Shown: positions 27,638 to 40,837, counted from the first letter of the whole stretch. The stretch: 63,960 nucleotides of DNA, filler included, from Octopus bimaculoides (GCF_001194135.2; 3 parts of 2 records of this genome joined end to end with filler, not necessarily neighbours in it); one strand, 5' to 3'. The notes: generated from the letters alone by a model not told the origin. A program made the numbers and translations.

Positions 27638-28230
27638 GAAGTAAATATTTGGTATAATTCTTCTATATATCGGTCGCATCTATTTCCCCCTACTCGATAT
27701 GGTTTGGTCGTACTAATTATTTTCCGCTCTGTAGAATATTTATGGTCTTTGTCTTTAATTGACCAAATTAGTTTGCTGAGACTAGTATTTATTTTTTCCT
27801 ATCACTAAAAGAATTTAAGTGATTAGCTAGTCTGCTTTTGAAATGAAAGGAGCTTGCCCCTATATAAAAGTATATCTTTCCTTGAGTGGTGATTTTGCAT
27901 CTATACACCAGGTTTTTTGTCAGACATCTGGAGTCTAAAGGCATACTTTATTGTACTGGCTAGACACGAGAAAGCATTTTTAGATTGCTGTGTAGGACAG
28001 TCTTGGGATGTTGAATATTATTTGAATATTCTTGTGTGGGTCGCTTACTATTATATTTCCTTTTTGTGTTTTGTGTATGTGGACATCCAGGCTGGTTCCT
28101 TCATTTTCAATGTACGGCCTACTATGGCATTGAACTGCACGCAACAATCTGTTATAAAAAAATTAACTAGGCTTGAACCAAACGATTTCACTATGTTCCA
28201 TAAGACTGTATTAAATTATTAATTATCTGT
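27635..28230 (-). pseudogene. Penelope-like element: RT-EN linker plus GIY-YIG endonuclease
   Basis: From 27944 on minus: MPLDSRCLTKNLVYRCKITTQGKIYFYIGASSFHFKSRLANHLNSFSDRKK, frameshift near 27790, then NTSLSKLIWSIKDKDHKYSTERKIISTTKPYRVGGNRCDRYIEELYQI. Upstream IIFNIPRLSYT resembles the PLE linker. Confidence 0.9.
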
Positions 28231-29705
28231 ACATCTTATTTCTCATAAAAGCACTTCTTTATCCATGGGATTATAGGAGACACACATTATTTAATAAGGT
28301 TTACAGTCTTGATGAACCGTCAATCTATTTAACTAATTAGTTTTAAAAAAAACGTGGTTTAAAATATTTAAAATCTTAATATTCTATTGGTCTTTAAACA
28401 TTGTTTAATGTATGAGCGTCTTAAATTATAACGGTCAAGTTATTTAGCACGAAACCCCGTATAAATAATTTTACAATATACAGTATTTAGAAAAAATTAA
28501 TAATTATTGAATACGTTTTTACAAATCTAATTCTGTACCATTATTATTTCTCATATTTCTGTAGTCGAATTTAAATTCACTCAGACATGAACTAATTCAT
28601 TATTCAAGTAACATGATTAATATGTAATTTAATTATATAAATTAGTGCTCAGTAATTCCTTCATAACTTGGAAAGGAAGCAAAATATCAAATATATCCAC
28701 CTAGTTGAACTTTAGATAATTTATCATCCATTCACATAATAAATAACTTTACAATTTTGCTGCCGGCGGAGCCACTTTAATTCTTGTTTCTGTAAATACT
28801 TGCTATAATCGCTTATTCTAAATGATGTTTAATGTCAAAGACATTTTGCCGAGAAAATTTACATCAGAACTGCGGATTTCTAATATTAGCTTAATTAAAG
28901 ATATCGGTTTCAATTTAAAGTTTCCTTAAAATCGTCGGCATACGAAATTTTGTCTAAGCATACAGTAAGTTGGCATGTTAAGAGACGCCTGTGTATATGC
29001 TTTGCCGTATTTAATTATGTGCATTTGTAAATTCCAACGATTATATAACCCCTTAAAATTATGTGGAATTATTCCAAATTGAAAATTATTGATATTTATA
29101 TGCATTTGGCGCTGAATATTATACAAGATAAGGCACCTACAAAATTCCATGTAGCATTTAGTTTTGTCCCACTACATACTGTCATCAAATACCATCACAA
29201 TTACATTGGAATAGGTATTCTGTTGATTCGTTGTTTATAGAAGTACCTGTTAATATATTTCTTTTGCTCAAGGTCAGTGCTGGCTGAAGTGACAAATGCT
29301 TGAAAGGTGTTCCAGTTATGATCAATCTCTCAAGCTCTCTGACATTGCATAATTCAGATTACATTAGTTGATTTATAAAAAATTCCTATCTGTGCATACA
29401 AGACTCTCAAATTCCCCACAAACGGCATCTGATTGAAACCAGGTTGCTGGGATGTGGGATTGAGACTTGAAATATATATTCGGCTTATGAACTCCAATAT
29501 TATGTGACCATAATATGGGCATTTGAATTATTAGTTATTAATATGTGTAGTGTTATTTGTAATGTTATTTGTAGTGTTATTTGTAGTGTTATTTGTAAAT
29601 AATCTATGCATATATTAAACAGAACAACAAAAGTTATAATAGATGGCAGGGTCGGTACTTTTCACATATCTGTAATTTTTCAGATTAACACCCGCACGAT
29701 TACCG

Positions 29706-29880
29706 AACCCTAATCCTAAACCTAATCCTAACACTAACCCTAATACTAACCTTAAACCCTAACCCTAAAACTCTAACCCTAACACTGACCCTAAAACCGT
29801 AAACGTAACACTAATCCTAACCGTAACCGTAACCGTAACCCTAAACCCTAACCCTGACCCTAAAACCCTAACCCTAACAC
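29706..29880. repeat. Degenerate interstitial telomere-like (CCCTAA)n tract
   Basis: About 28 hexamer-like units (ccctaa, cctaat, ccgtaa, cactaa), flanked by the inverted heptamer cacgatt (29695) / aatcgtg (29889). Confidence 0.85.
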
Positions 29881-30999
29881 CTAGTGAAAATCGTGGTATA
29901 TTTACAAAACATTGACAAACATGAGTTATATTTTACTGAATGATTGTGTACTTGCACGTGTATGCGTTTGAGAGAGCGAGAAAGGAAGAGGTAGAGAGAG
30001 GGGGAGAAAGCGATAGAGGTAGCTAAAAGTTTTCTTATGACGGCTTCTCTTCACTGAATATTACTTCATTAGAAATCTAAGGATGCACATAAGCACATAA
30101 TAGCGAAAAATGAAACAAATATTGACGACTTGCTCCGAAGCACCACCGAGTGGGGAATACGTCCATGTTAGAAAGGGTTTTAATCAAAGACATTTTAATT
30201 CTATTATTCTGTAAAATAATTTTTACTTTCATTAGACATTCTAAAATACTATTAAATTTCATTCAATTTCAAAAAAGGTATAAAATCGGACACAGCGTAT
30301 GGGATGACCTGATATATAATACTGAAATGAAGCTTTTTTTAAAAATAGAAATTCTCGATTTTATATGACGTTTTCTTCATTACTATTATAAGACATGGTA
30401 GGAAATCAGTCTTCCACCATGTGTAACATTTAAAAGAAAACTTCTATGTGGGGGAAGTGTACAAAATGGAGTTTTTCCATTATTTCCATTACACTCAAGC
30501 AAAAATGTAATTTATGAATTTCTTACTCTTCGAAAGTCCTTTCCCACTCCCTCGCAAAATATTTTACCCATAAATTTCTTTATAATCGTGATCTATGCCG
30601 TTTGAAAGGTATTTACATAACGTTTCATTAAAAGATCTCCATGTTCCTAAAAGTTATGAGGGAAAACATCAGATCTTGTAGCATTTTCCGAAAGTCTTCT
30701 TCCCACACCCCGGTTTTTTGGCGCAAATTTTTGTTTTCATATTAGTTTAATGCACATTTTTTCACATTTATCACAGGGTTGTTTTTTTTTTGCGGGGGCT
30801 GGATTTTAAAGTAAATATTAACCGATTATTTTTGCTAAATTGGTGACCTTCCAACGCTGAAATAGTTCTGTTCGAAATATTCCCTAACAAAAATGTTTAT
30901 GCCATAACTATACTACAGAAAGTATGTTTTTAACCTATATTGACTACATTTCGTTTTGCTTGAACTTCGTGTGTCTACGTTATGCTGTTTTCAGTAGTC

Positions 31000-31211
31000 C
31001 TTTCTACTTCAGACACAAGGCCCGAAATTTTGGGGGAGGGGGACAGTCGATTAGATCGACCCCAGTGCGCAACTGGTACTTAATTTATCGATTCCGAAAG
31101 GATGAAAGGCAAAATCAACCTCGGCGGAATTTGAACTCAGAACGTAAAGACAGACGAAATACCGCTAAGCATTTTGCCCGGCGTGTTAACGTTTCTGCCA
31201 GCTCATCGCCT
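31000..31211 (-). mobile_element. Type C tRNA-derived SINE, near full length
   Basis: Head ggcga..gagctggcagaa..gttaacacgccgggcaaaatgcttagcggtatttcg, B-box gagttcaaattcc, central gcctttcatcctttcggaatcgataaattaagtaccag (resembles a Meta-type SINE domain). Confidence 0.9.
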
Positions 31212-31239
31212 TTGCTAGTTCCAATATTATCGATTCTAT

Positions 31240-33283
31240 GAGTGTCTATGTGTCTGTGAGTGTGTTTCCGCGTTCCTTACGTCTATAGGATACTATAGTA
31301 AAGGACATATTACGCGGTTTTAATGAACCCACATCTAATGAAGTAGCCATCCTTATGATAGGTGATCCCCATGAAAAACATGCTATTCTCATTCCTGCTC
31401 GAGATAACAACTTTAAATGTGTTTCAGAGACTCATCCCTCATATATGCTACTCTCCAGTATCCTCTTATGTTGTGGAATGGAGAAGATGGACATCATTTC
31501 AACATTCCACACATTGAAGCTGCAAAAGGAGAGCCAATTACAAACAAAAAGGTGTCGTTAAATTACTTCTCTTCTTACCAAATGACGATAAGTCCAGGCC
31601 AATCAAATCAGTTACTCATGTATCTTGATCTATTTCAGCAATACCTGGTTGATACATGTGCTAAAGTTGAGAGTCAGCGTCTCCTCTACATTCGTAACAT
31701 TAAAAAATGTTAAGGGCTAAACATTATTTTCATCTCCAAGATGCTCTGAGGACAGATGGTGATATTCAAAACATGGGGCAACTTCTAATGCACTTATCAT
31801 CATTCACGGATGTTCCTCAATATATGCACCAACGAACACAAGATATTATGACATATGTCAGGACATATGGAAAAGCAAATCTTTTTGTCACTTTCACCTG
31901 CAATCTGAAATGGGAGGAAATAAAGTCTAACATTCTTCCAGTCTTGCATCTTCTGAATTTGCAGCTACCCAACTCAATAGGGGAAGAAATGCTTATTCCA
32001 TGTTCAAGCTCCCTCTAAATCTTGTCACGAAAGAATCTCAAATGTGCAACATTTCCCAAAATTCTGCAATGGCAACTGTTCTCCATCAAACTTGCCTCAT
32101 TGTTTGGAATTAGTGCACTGTCATATCGTGGATCTCTAGAGGTACTTGACCGTACCCTCCATGAGAAAAAAAACAATATCACGCTCATGGGAGGAGTAAC
32201 AGTTCTTGCAGTTCTTTTTCGTCAAACGCTGCCAGTTATCCCCAGACGACCAATAGCTGATGCGGTTAATGCATGGTTAAAATAATCGTACGTCTGGAGA
32301 CATGTGAAAAGAACTTCCTCTTACAAGCAATATGAGAATATTTCTACAAGGTGATCATACGAACTTCTTGATATTGGTAATTGCTTATTAACATTCAACT
32401 CAAGACTTGAAGAACATGAAATTACATGCAGTCAAATGACACTTTCTCTTAAGGATCTTATGGATAAAGTATTTCCTATTTTATCTGTCAATTACATTGA
32501 TGAAAAGTAGCTATGTGAAAGAGCTATTCTAGCTCCAGCTAATGAAATGGTTGATAAACTCAATCATGAAATTCTTCAAAAAGTTAACAGATACATCAGA
32601 AATGATTTTTTGATCAATTGACAACAGTCGATCAAGATCAGCTTGTTCAATATCCTGTTGAATTTTTGAACAAACTTAAACAAAGAGGGATGCCGATGCA
32701 TAACTTGACACTAAAACTGGGTGCTCCCATTACGTTGCTTAGAAATCTTGACCCATCCCACCTGTGTAATGGAACTCGCTTAATCATTACTTCCATGAAG
32801 TCCCATGTCCTACAGGCAACAACCATAACCGGTAGTTACAAAGGAGAAAATGTCTTTATTCCAAAAATTCCTCTCATATTTACAAATGTTCCATTTGAAT
32901 TTGAGACGCTTCAGTTTCCAGTCAAAGTAAGTTTTGGTATTTCAATTAACAAATCTCAGGATCAATCCCTCAAGGTAGTTACACTTGATCTTTTTACTAA
33001 ATGCTTCTCGCACAGTCAACTTTATGTTGCTTGGTCGCGCGTTGGAAGCAGCATCAATTTATTCATTTGGACACCAAAAATTAAACAACGGATATTGTTT
33101 ACCTTGAGGTGCTTCAACATTGACAGATTTTCAATTCGAAATTCTATTATCATGGCAATTTGGATAGTCTTTAATAAAATACAGATATTTTGAAATGATT
33201 ATGAGAATATATCTTTATATTTATTGCTTACTAATCTGAATAAGAACAGAAGTAACCCGGGCAACGCCTGGTCATTCAGCTAG
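31240..33283 (+). mobile_element. Internally deleted, decayed Helitron (Rep + PIF1-like helicase)
   Basis: NEVAILMIGD, LQYPLMLWNGEDG, LFQQYLVD..AKVESQRLLYIR, TQDIMTYVR..LFVTFTCNLKW (Rep). LEVLDRTL..MGGVTV..FRQTLPV, LCNGTRL, QFPVKVSFGISINKSQDQSL, FSHSQLYVAWSRV (helicase). 3' hairpin acccgggcaacgcctggt, then CTAG|T at 33280-84. Confidence 0.95.
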
Positions 33284-33963
33284 TAGTATATGATAAGACG
33301 AACGTACGACATAGCATATGTCTTACACGTTTAAATATATCTTGCTGTATAAATTTAACAAATGAATTAATAATTCCATAAATTCATATTTCATTTTAGA
33401 ATTTAAAACTTCAGAAAATATTTTTTTTACTTCAAAAGATAAATGAAAATATTTTACTTTTCCGTGTATTTTACAAAAAAAGAAATGAATAAAATAAAAC
33501 TGTGTAAATTGTATTTTTGTTTTTCATTTATACTTTGCCTTCAATAATTTTCTTCCAGTTACATTTCTGTGCAACACATATAACAGATGCGAAACATCTA
33601 TATGAATGAACACACACAAATTTAAAGTGTGCATATATTATTTTGTCTATGTTACAAGTGGCGGCACAATGTGATTCTAGAATCAGCAACAGCTGATGAC
33701 ATCGAATTATATTTCAATTATTCGATTATTTTATTTATCTCAGTCTTCCAAGACAATAGATTAATGTTCAAACTCTTATGATCGCATCAGATTCTTCTTC
33801 TGAACACACAGGCTACTTCAATATCAATTCTATTCGATATATTCGTTTAGCAATAATCATTTTATCTTTTTCTATGACTTTCAATAAATTTCTATATTGT
33901 TCTGAATTATGTAATGAACAACTATTCACGAACTATACATAAGTTTATAAGTTAAGTCAAGAT

Positions 33964-33997
<34 letters not shown>

Positions 33998-34068
33998 CAC
34001 ACACACATATACACACATATATATATATATATACAAATATATACACACATAGATATACATATATACGT

Positions 34069-34103
<35 letters not shown>

Positions 34104-35467
34104 AGCCAGGTCAATACCAAAGATTCTCATATATTCTCATATTGTGCTTACAATCAATGATCAATCATCTCTCTTTCATCGGATCGGCCTTAGATCATCA
34201 TTTTTATATTAGTTACTATGAGATCCTTCTCTATAGTGGAATGGATAATCTTTGCAATGCCAAATGGTGACTAACTTCCTTTAGCCGAAAATTGATCAAT
34301 ATATTGAGTAAATGATTTAGATGGTAATCATTCATAACAAAATAGCTGCATTGCATTTGATTTGCCGAATAGTTACCGTTACCTCAGCTAGATAAAACTT
34401 CGACCAATATATATTCCATATGTTTCTTATTTGTGAATAAATATCTGGACATTTGAACACTTTTGTTGCGACAGGCAGAGAGATACCTTCAAAAGAAGGC
34501 TATATTTTGCGAGTGAGTAAACAATTAGAAAGGATTTATTGGGAAACTGTTGACACACTCACAATGGACATACATTTAAAGTCAATAAACTCTTTGATTA
34601 ATGGACTCAGTTTCTTTCTTCTAGTTATTTAGCTTTAAACGCTTCAAAGAATACAATTAATCACTTCAAAACAAACTCTCCTTAACTGAAAATTGAGCAA
34701 ATTCAATTTTACTATGATTCATTTGGCAATCCTGGCTTCTACAGATGTAAATTCCAGACAGAAAGGTAACTGGAATTTAATAAAATTGATGCACTACTCT
34801 CTTATTTTGATATCTCCAAAATATCAAATTATGACAAAAAGATGAGCATTTATTACAGATCGATATCTGCTTTTAAGTGATGAATATTCCGGAAATTTTT
34901 GTCGACAATCAAACGAATGTCTGAATAATGAAGGCGCTATAAATATTTTATTCAAGCCATTAATGGCGTGAATATGCTTTACAGAAATTGGATATCAGCT
35001 TTCTGTGAAATAAATTGTGTAGCCCTTAGCATAAATAATATGGAACGTACATGTAAAAATAGCATACTGTCCTAATGTTTGAAGACTTGGCATATGAACA
35101 GAAAAAGGGCTTCCAGAACTGGCTCACGGCGTAAAGAAGGAAGAATGAATAATGCGAAAAATATAATTGCGCTTGGATAGATCCATGTTCACATGAAAAT
35201 TATTGTATCGAACGAGCTGGAGTTTGTTGTAAAGGCTTCTATGATATTATTTGTGACTCAGTATTTCTTACCGACACAGCATATATGATTGTAGATGACG
35301 AAAGGAAATTTTGTATAATTATCTTACCCTCATCCATCATTTAGGATACTAAAATAGTTATTTGAAGACAGCTAATTTCAGATTCTGTTAATTGATTTGA
35401 TGTTTAATCTCATAGCTTTGCAAGTTTTCCCTTTAAGAAGAACGAATATTTATGATCTATTGTTGGC

Positions 35468-35630
35468 GTGTTTTTTTGGTAAGAAGCTTTCTTGCCAACC
35501 ACACGGTTTCGGGTGCAGTCTCACTGACTGCGTGGCACCTTGGGCAAGTGTTTTCTACTAGAGCCTCGGGCCAACCAAAACCTTGTGAGAGGATTTACTA
35601 GACAGAAACTGAAAGACGTTCGTCGTATAT
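35468..35630 (+). mobile_element. Type B SINE 5' half
   Basis: ggtaagaagc..caaccac..gcgtggcaccttgggcaagtg..gagcctcgggccaacc. Confidence 0.85.
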
Positions 35631-35643
35631 CTATCTATATATA

Positions 35644-35743
35644 NNNNNNNNNNNNNNNNNNNNNNNNNNNNNNNNNNNNNNNNNNNNTTAATTAATTAAN
35701 NNNNNNNNNNNNNNNNNNNNNNNNNNNNNNNNNNNNNNNNNNN
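35644..35743. other. Assembly linker N44-TTAATTAATTAA-N44
   Basis: Same 100-nt structure as 20966-21065. Confidence 0.9.
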
Positions 35744-36737
35744 GGTCGATCTAATCGACTGGCTCCACCTTCCCAAAAATTTCGGGCCTTGTGCCTAGAG
35801 TAGAAAAGAATTTGCATTGTATTTAACGCAAAAAGAAGAAAAAAAATTCTTTTGTTTCGCAATATAACTATCTACAACAATAACAACAAGCAAAAGATAT
35901 TACAGTCTTTGCAATAACGATAGATATAGAAAAGGCACAAACAACAAATAACAATAATGATTATAATAACAATAATAATAATAAAGAAGAAGAAGAAGAA
36001 GGAGGAGGAGGAGAAGGAGAAGAAGAAGAAGATAATTATGAGTGCGTAATCAGCGACACGGTCGAACTCCAGTGAAAGTTACCGCTAGTTTTATCAGCCA
36101 TTTGACGTCAGAGTTAAAACGTCTGGGAACCTGATTAAATATTAATTCGACTCTTCGAAATTTCTAAATCTCTTCCATTCAAGTTATCTCTTCATTTATT
36201 TGTTCATCGGTTTCTTCAACTGCTTTTAACCTCTCTAGTCTACCGGCCCGAACTTTGCTCCGTTTATCTCTAATTATTTCGTCTTCCGCTGCTATTTTTA
36301 GTTTAATCAGAAATGTAATATTATTTTAAGTCGTCAGCCTTCTTCTTCTTTGATATTACTGAAGAGTGAGATCAGATAAATACCAGGATGCAATTACGTT
36401 ATCTCATTAATAAAAAAAAAAAGATGCCTCGATACCTAATACTTTTGGTTCGCAAGAAATAAGCTATATATTTACACACACGTAAATATACGTATGTGAA
36501 AGTCAAATGCAGTGTGCACCTCGTTGGGAATCGAACCTGTCTTCATGTAATCATACTAAATATCATACACGCTAACACAACTACCTTCATTTTCAAACTG
36601 ATCTTGCAAATGAGGATCTGTTTAACATCTGATATTTTTCTTATTGTGAACACACTTTAAAATCATAAAGAATTTATGTAGAGAATTAGGACTAGCAGTA
36701 TTATATATATATTTTCCGAACATCTGAGATTAACATA

Positions 36738-36930
36738 TAGGCGTAGGCGTGGCTGTGTGGCAAGAAGCTTGCATCTCAACCACATGATTCTGGTTTTTAG
36801 TCCCGCTGCGTGGCACCTCGGGCAAGTGTCTTCTACTATAGCCTCGGGCCGACCAAATGGATTTGGTAGACGGAAGCTGAAAGAAGCTCATCGTGTGTGT
36901 GTGTGTGTGTGTGTATGTGTGTGTGTGTGT

Positions 36931-36962
<32 letters not shown>

Positions 36963-37164
36963 ATCTGTTCCACCACCACCGCTTGTCATCAGTTGTTGGT
37001 GTGTTTACGTCCCGTAATCTAACGGTTCTGCAGAAGGGACCGACAAAATATGCACTAGGCTTTAAAAAACCTAGCCCTAAGGTCGATTCGTTCAACTAAA
37101 GTCTTTCAAGATGGTACCCCAGCATGGCCGTAGTCAAATGATTGAAACAAGTAAAAGATAAAAG
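36738..37164 (+). mobile_element. Full-length type B SINE with internal (TG)n
   Basis: tRNA-like head, ggcacctcgggcaagtgtcttctactatagcctcgggccgacc core, (TG)n, and tail ccagcatggccgtagtcaaatgattgaaacaagtaaaagataaaaga. Confidence 0.9.
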
Positions 37165-38264
37165 ACATAGCACTTTATTTTTATTTCCTTATTTATTTTC
37201 GCTGTAAAGACGAGAAATTGTGCTGCAGTGAGGAAAGCGAACACCAATCTGAAAATAATAAGAATAAAACTTTTCCCTTGGTCAACATCAACGTCCTTCC
37301 AGCTCTCGCTTAAAGACAAGCTGGGATAGCTTGTTAATTATTAAGTCGAAAATACTCATTTCACTCAAGAAAACACGGGAAATACCTTTCCATATAACAC
37401 ACCTTTTTCTAATGTTCAAAAATACTTAACAATCCAGACGAAATAACTGACTGATATCATAAAAATATATAAAACACCCACTATCATATAGGTTTATATG
37501 ATTTATACTATTTTGTTTAACGTATCATTTTTAGAAATTTTTTTGTTCCATTGTCTGACATGACCTGGCTTCCCAAAGTCATACAGGCGGCCATTAGGAG
37601 GGAGAGACACTCAAGATGATAATGGAGGGGATTATTTACAATTTTTTTCGTTTCATTTGAGTCATTAAAAGTGATAGTGATAATTGGTTTTTAGCGGGGT
37701 CAAAGAGGCTGGATTCTATGGGATCGGACACCCTGTATCGTGTGTTTTCAAAAACTGGGATAGATTCCAGGACAGCGAAGTAGAGAGAGAAGGATGGAGC
37801 GATAGAAGAGTTTATGAGAGAAGGCCGTAGCTGTGTAGCACACTATTTCAGAGAACGGAAAGGCTCGCCTTATTATGTTGGAATACTCGGAGATCGTAAA
37901 TACCCTGGAGTTCGTAAATAATATAGTGATGAGAATAGGGAATGCGAAAAGAATGGAGAGGAAGAACTTTTTTTCTAGTTATACGAATTTACTAAGTGGA
38001 AGTTGAATGCAGAAGTCTTTTCTACCACCAACGGAGTAAGCTTCGTTGAGGTATAATGGGTGGGAGGGATCTGGAAAATATGTTGGAAGCCCACTTAGTA
38101 AAAGACCTGAAAGATCTGCTGAATTTGAAAAAGCGAGGAGGTTACAACGTATGCAATTTCTGCAGGCACCGTTTACTTTTCTGAATAAAGCATCGGTAAG
38201 ATATCGAAATGGATTAATTAAAATTTATCCTAGTCATTAAAACAACTCACTTCGTAATTATTCA

Positions 38265-38313
<49 letters not shown>

Positions 38314-38591
38314 TAATAAGAAGCAAACATTATTTTCTAATGTCACATGGCAAGAGTCGCTGCTCTTCAAGTGACTAATTTGTGGAAGACATGAGGATCT
38401 GTACTCCGCTGTTTGCTTCGACCAGACATTTAACTGACAATAGTATCATATACATGGATGTAAATACGATCTTCAAGAAAACCATTCGCTGTGCTAAGGC
38501 TGACTGCATACACACAACGTGCACGCACGCAAGCACACACATATAAATTATACGGAATGAAAGCGATAAGCAGCGTCTGCTTTTCCAGTTC

Positions 38592-38639
38592 CTAGTGCTG
38601 AGGAGGAGATAACCACTCTGAAATGCATGCATCCACCAG
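38592..38639 (+). ncRNA. Type-I hammerhead ribozyme motif with palindromic stem III
   Basis: ctagtg CTGAGGA ggag-ataacca-ctct GAA atgcatgcat C caccag; predicted AUC cleavage after 38633. Confidence 0.75.
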
Positions 38640-38778
38640 CGAATTGATTCGGTGTGCTTACACGTATCTGTCTACAGCGAGAACTTTTCTCCATGTGAAA
38701 ACACAGTGAATGGCTTTCATACGGGTTCGAATACGCCCCAGGCATATTTGAACTGGTGACACGTCTGTACGCATACAT

Positions 38779-38809
<31 letters not shown>

Positions 38810-39149
38810 CACTCACGCGCGCACACATATTCACACACACTCGTGTGAAATTACCATAAACACAAGTCTATACCATTTGTTCTCAAGTTTCACCATTGTT
38901 TGGAATCAGCACAGTGTTTCAAGTGCAAATTAGATGCTTAACCACAGCGGATCATCAGGGAACACTTTACTGCATTATCATACAGAGAACTAAAATCTTA
39001 AGTTGGATAGATGCCGAGACATTTTATAAGTATTTTGAGAGGTGAAGTAAAAAAAACTAAGGGCAGAAGCTCGGCATTTCATCTTCTTTATTAGGTTACT
39101 AATTCTGTATAGTAAAATTTCCAGGTATTGTCGTTTAACAGGAATGGAT

Positions 39150-39370
39150 ATATTTTTCCGTGCTATCACGGAGGTGTGAGTTCGTGTCTCATGGCTGGAC
39201 GCCTACACTTTTTCCTGCAAAATAGGGGTAGTTTATCCTGTTCAGGCTATATTATTAGCATTATCCTGCGTTTGAGAATTTAAAATCACTTCTTTAACTT
39301 TCTAAGACATCTCAACGCTTCTAAAAGCAAACTTCGTTTGTTTGTTTACGTTTATCGTAATTTGAATTTA
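39150..39370. repeat. Dispersed repeat with B-box-like motif; near-identical inverted copy at 60176-60345
   Basis: About 165 bp almost identical in reverse orientation; ggtgtgagttcgtgtctc precedes it. Confidence 0.85.
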
Positions 39371-39504
39371 ATATATATATATATTATNNNNNNNNNNNNN
39401 NNNNNNNNNNNNNNNNNNNNNNNNNNNNNNNNNNNNNNNNNNNNNNNNNNNNNNNNNNNNNNNNNNNNNNNNNNNNNNNNNNNNNNNNNNNNNNNNNNNN
39501 NNTA

Positions 39505-39651
39505 TATATGGGAGAATTTACGAAAAAAAAACAACAGACGAGGACAGATGGTGTAAACAACAAAAGGATGTATTAGTTTAACGCTCGGGAATACAAAAAG
39601 TCTTTAACGTTTCGAGCTACGCTCTTCAACAGAAAGAATACGGAGAAAACA

Positions 39652-39655
<4 letters not shown>
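39505..39655 (-). repeat. Penelope terminal-repeat-like element with variant minimal hammerhead (39601-39637)
   Basis: Homologous to 47997-48155. Minus strand: tcttt CTGTTGA a gagc-gta-gctc GAA acgt T aaaga. Confidence 0.65.
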
Positions 39656-39690
<35 letters not shown>

Positions 39691-39764
39691 TGTATGCACA
39701 TGTAAATATATATATGCATGTATGTATGTGTATATATGTATGTGAAGTCACGGTGGAGTTGCAA

Positions 39765-40585
39765 TGTACATCTGCAAAGATGTCACACCATTAATCCTGT
39801 TATCGAACTCGAAGTGTGACACACTCATAGTACATGTAAAGCAACTTAACATAGTGATATGCACACTATATCGCCAACCTGGTGCCTCAAATCATGATGG
39901 AAAATTTGAGGAAAACCTCAATGGGATAAAGGAAGTTCTAACACAATTGGATCAACGTACTACTATATTCCTGATAGGTGACTTCAACTTCCCCTCTCAG
40001 ACATGCCCTCCGCAGTACACTCAGCCAATCTGACCATTTATGCTGACGACACAAAAGTATCGCAGGCAGTTAGGAACCCAGAGGTCATCATAAAACTGCA
40101 GAAAGACCCGAGCGAAATCTACAGATGGGCTAACAGATATAACATGCAGTTCAATGCTATGGAATTTCTGGCACTCCACTATCGGTCCAACACACCAGAC
40201 TAAAATCGGAATACACTGGACCAGAAGATAATACGATCCCATAGTCAGAGTCGGTGCTTGACCTGGGAGTTCACATGAGCAATGATGCAGCATTCCATGT
40301 GCATATTACCAAGATGGCAACACTGTGCAGGCGAGTGGCTGCATGGATTCTGAGGATATTCAGAACCAGGAAAAGGAGCTGAGTCTCTATTCCTTGGAGA
40401 GAAGACGAGAGAGATATGCGGTGATATATATTTGGAAGATCTTGGAGGGTTTAACTCCAAATTTTGGAATTGACAGTTATACCAGTCCTCGAACTGGACA
40501 GCATTGCATCATACCAAAGATCCCGTCTTCCCCATCTAAAATAAGGACACAGTACTGCAATAGTCTGGGTTTCAATGGCCCGCAG
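39765..40585 (+). pseudogene. Multiply deleted CR1/L2-like LINE ORF2
   Basis: APE endonuclease (TLYRQP..GDFNFP), joined to RT (YADDTK..MQFN), then VLDLGVHMSND, then LSLYSLERRRERYAVIYIWKILEGL. Confidence 0.9.
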
Positions 40586-40837
40586 GTAAGTGGAAGCCAA
40601 AAACAAGGGAAAGAAAAAGCAACGGTCTCCCCTGGTGGTCGGATGCCTATCCTTCAGGAAAGCCATTACAAATTGCATCTGTAATGAGCAAATGTTTTAA
40701 TGAATATTGTAAATATAAGCAAATTATTATTGTATATTTAAAATTGTAAATATTTAATCGATACAGCTACTTTTATGTTTGTCGTCCTTATTCGTCCCCT
40801 TTTTGTAATGCCTTTATGGCAAATATTTATGAAATAA

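Noticed and set aside
37780-38220. Protein-like frames (GRSCVAHYF...; WKLN) possibly from an L1/Tx1 element
   Set aside because: Too short and decayed to assign.
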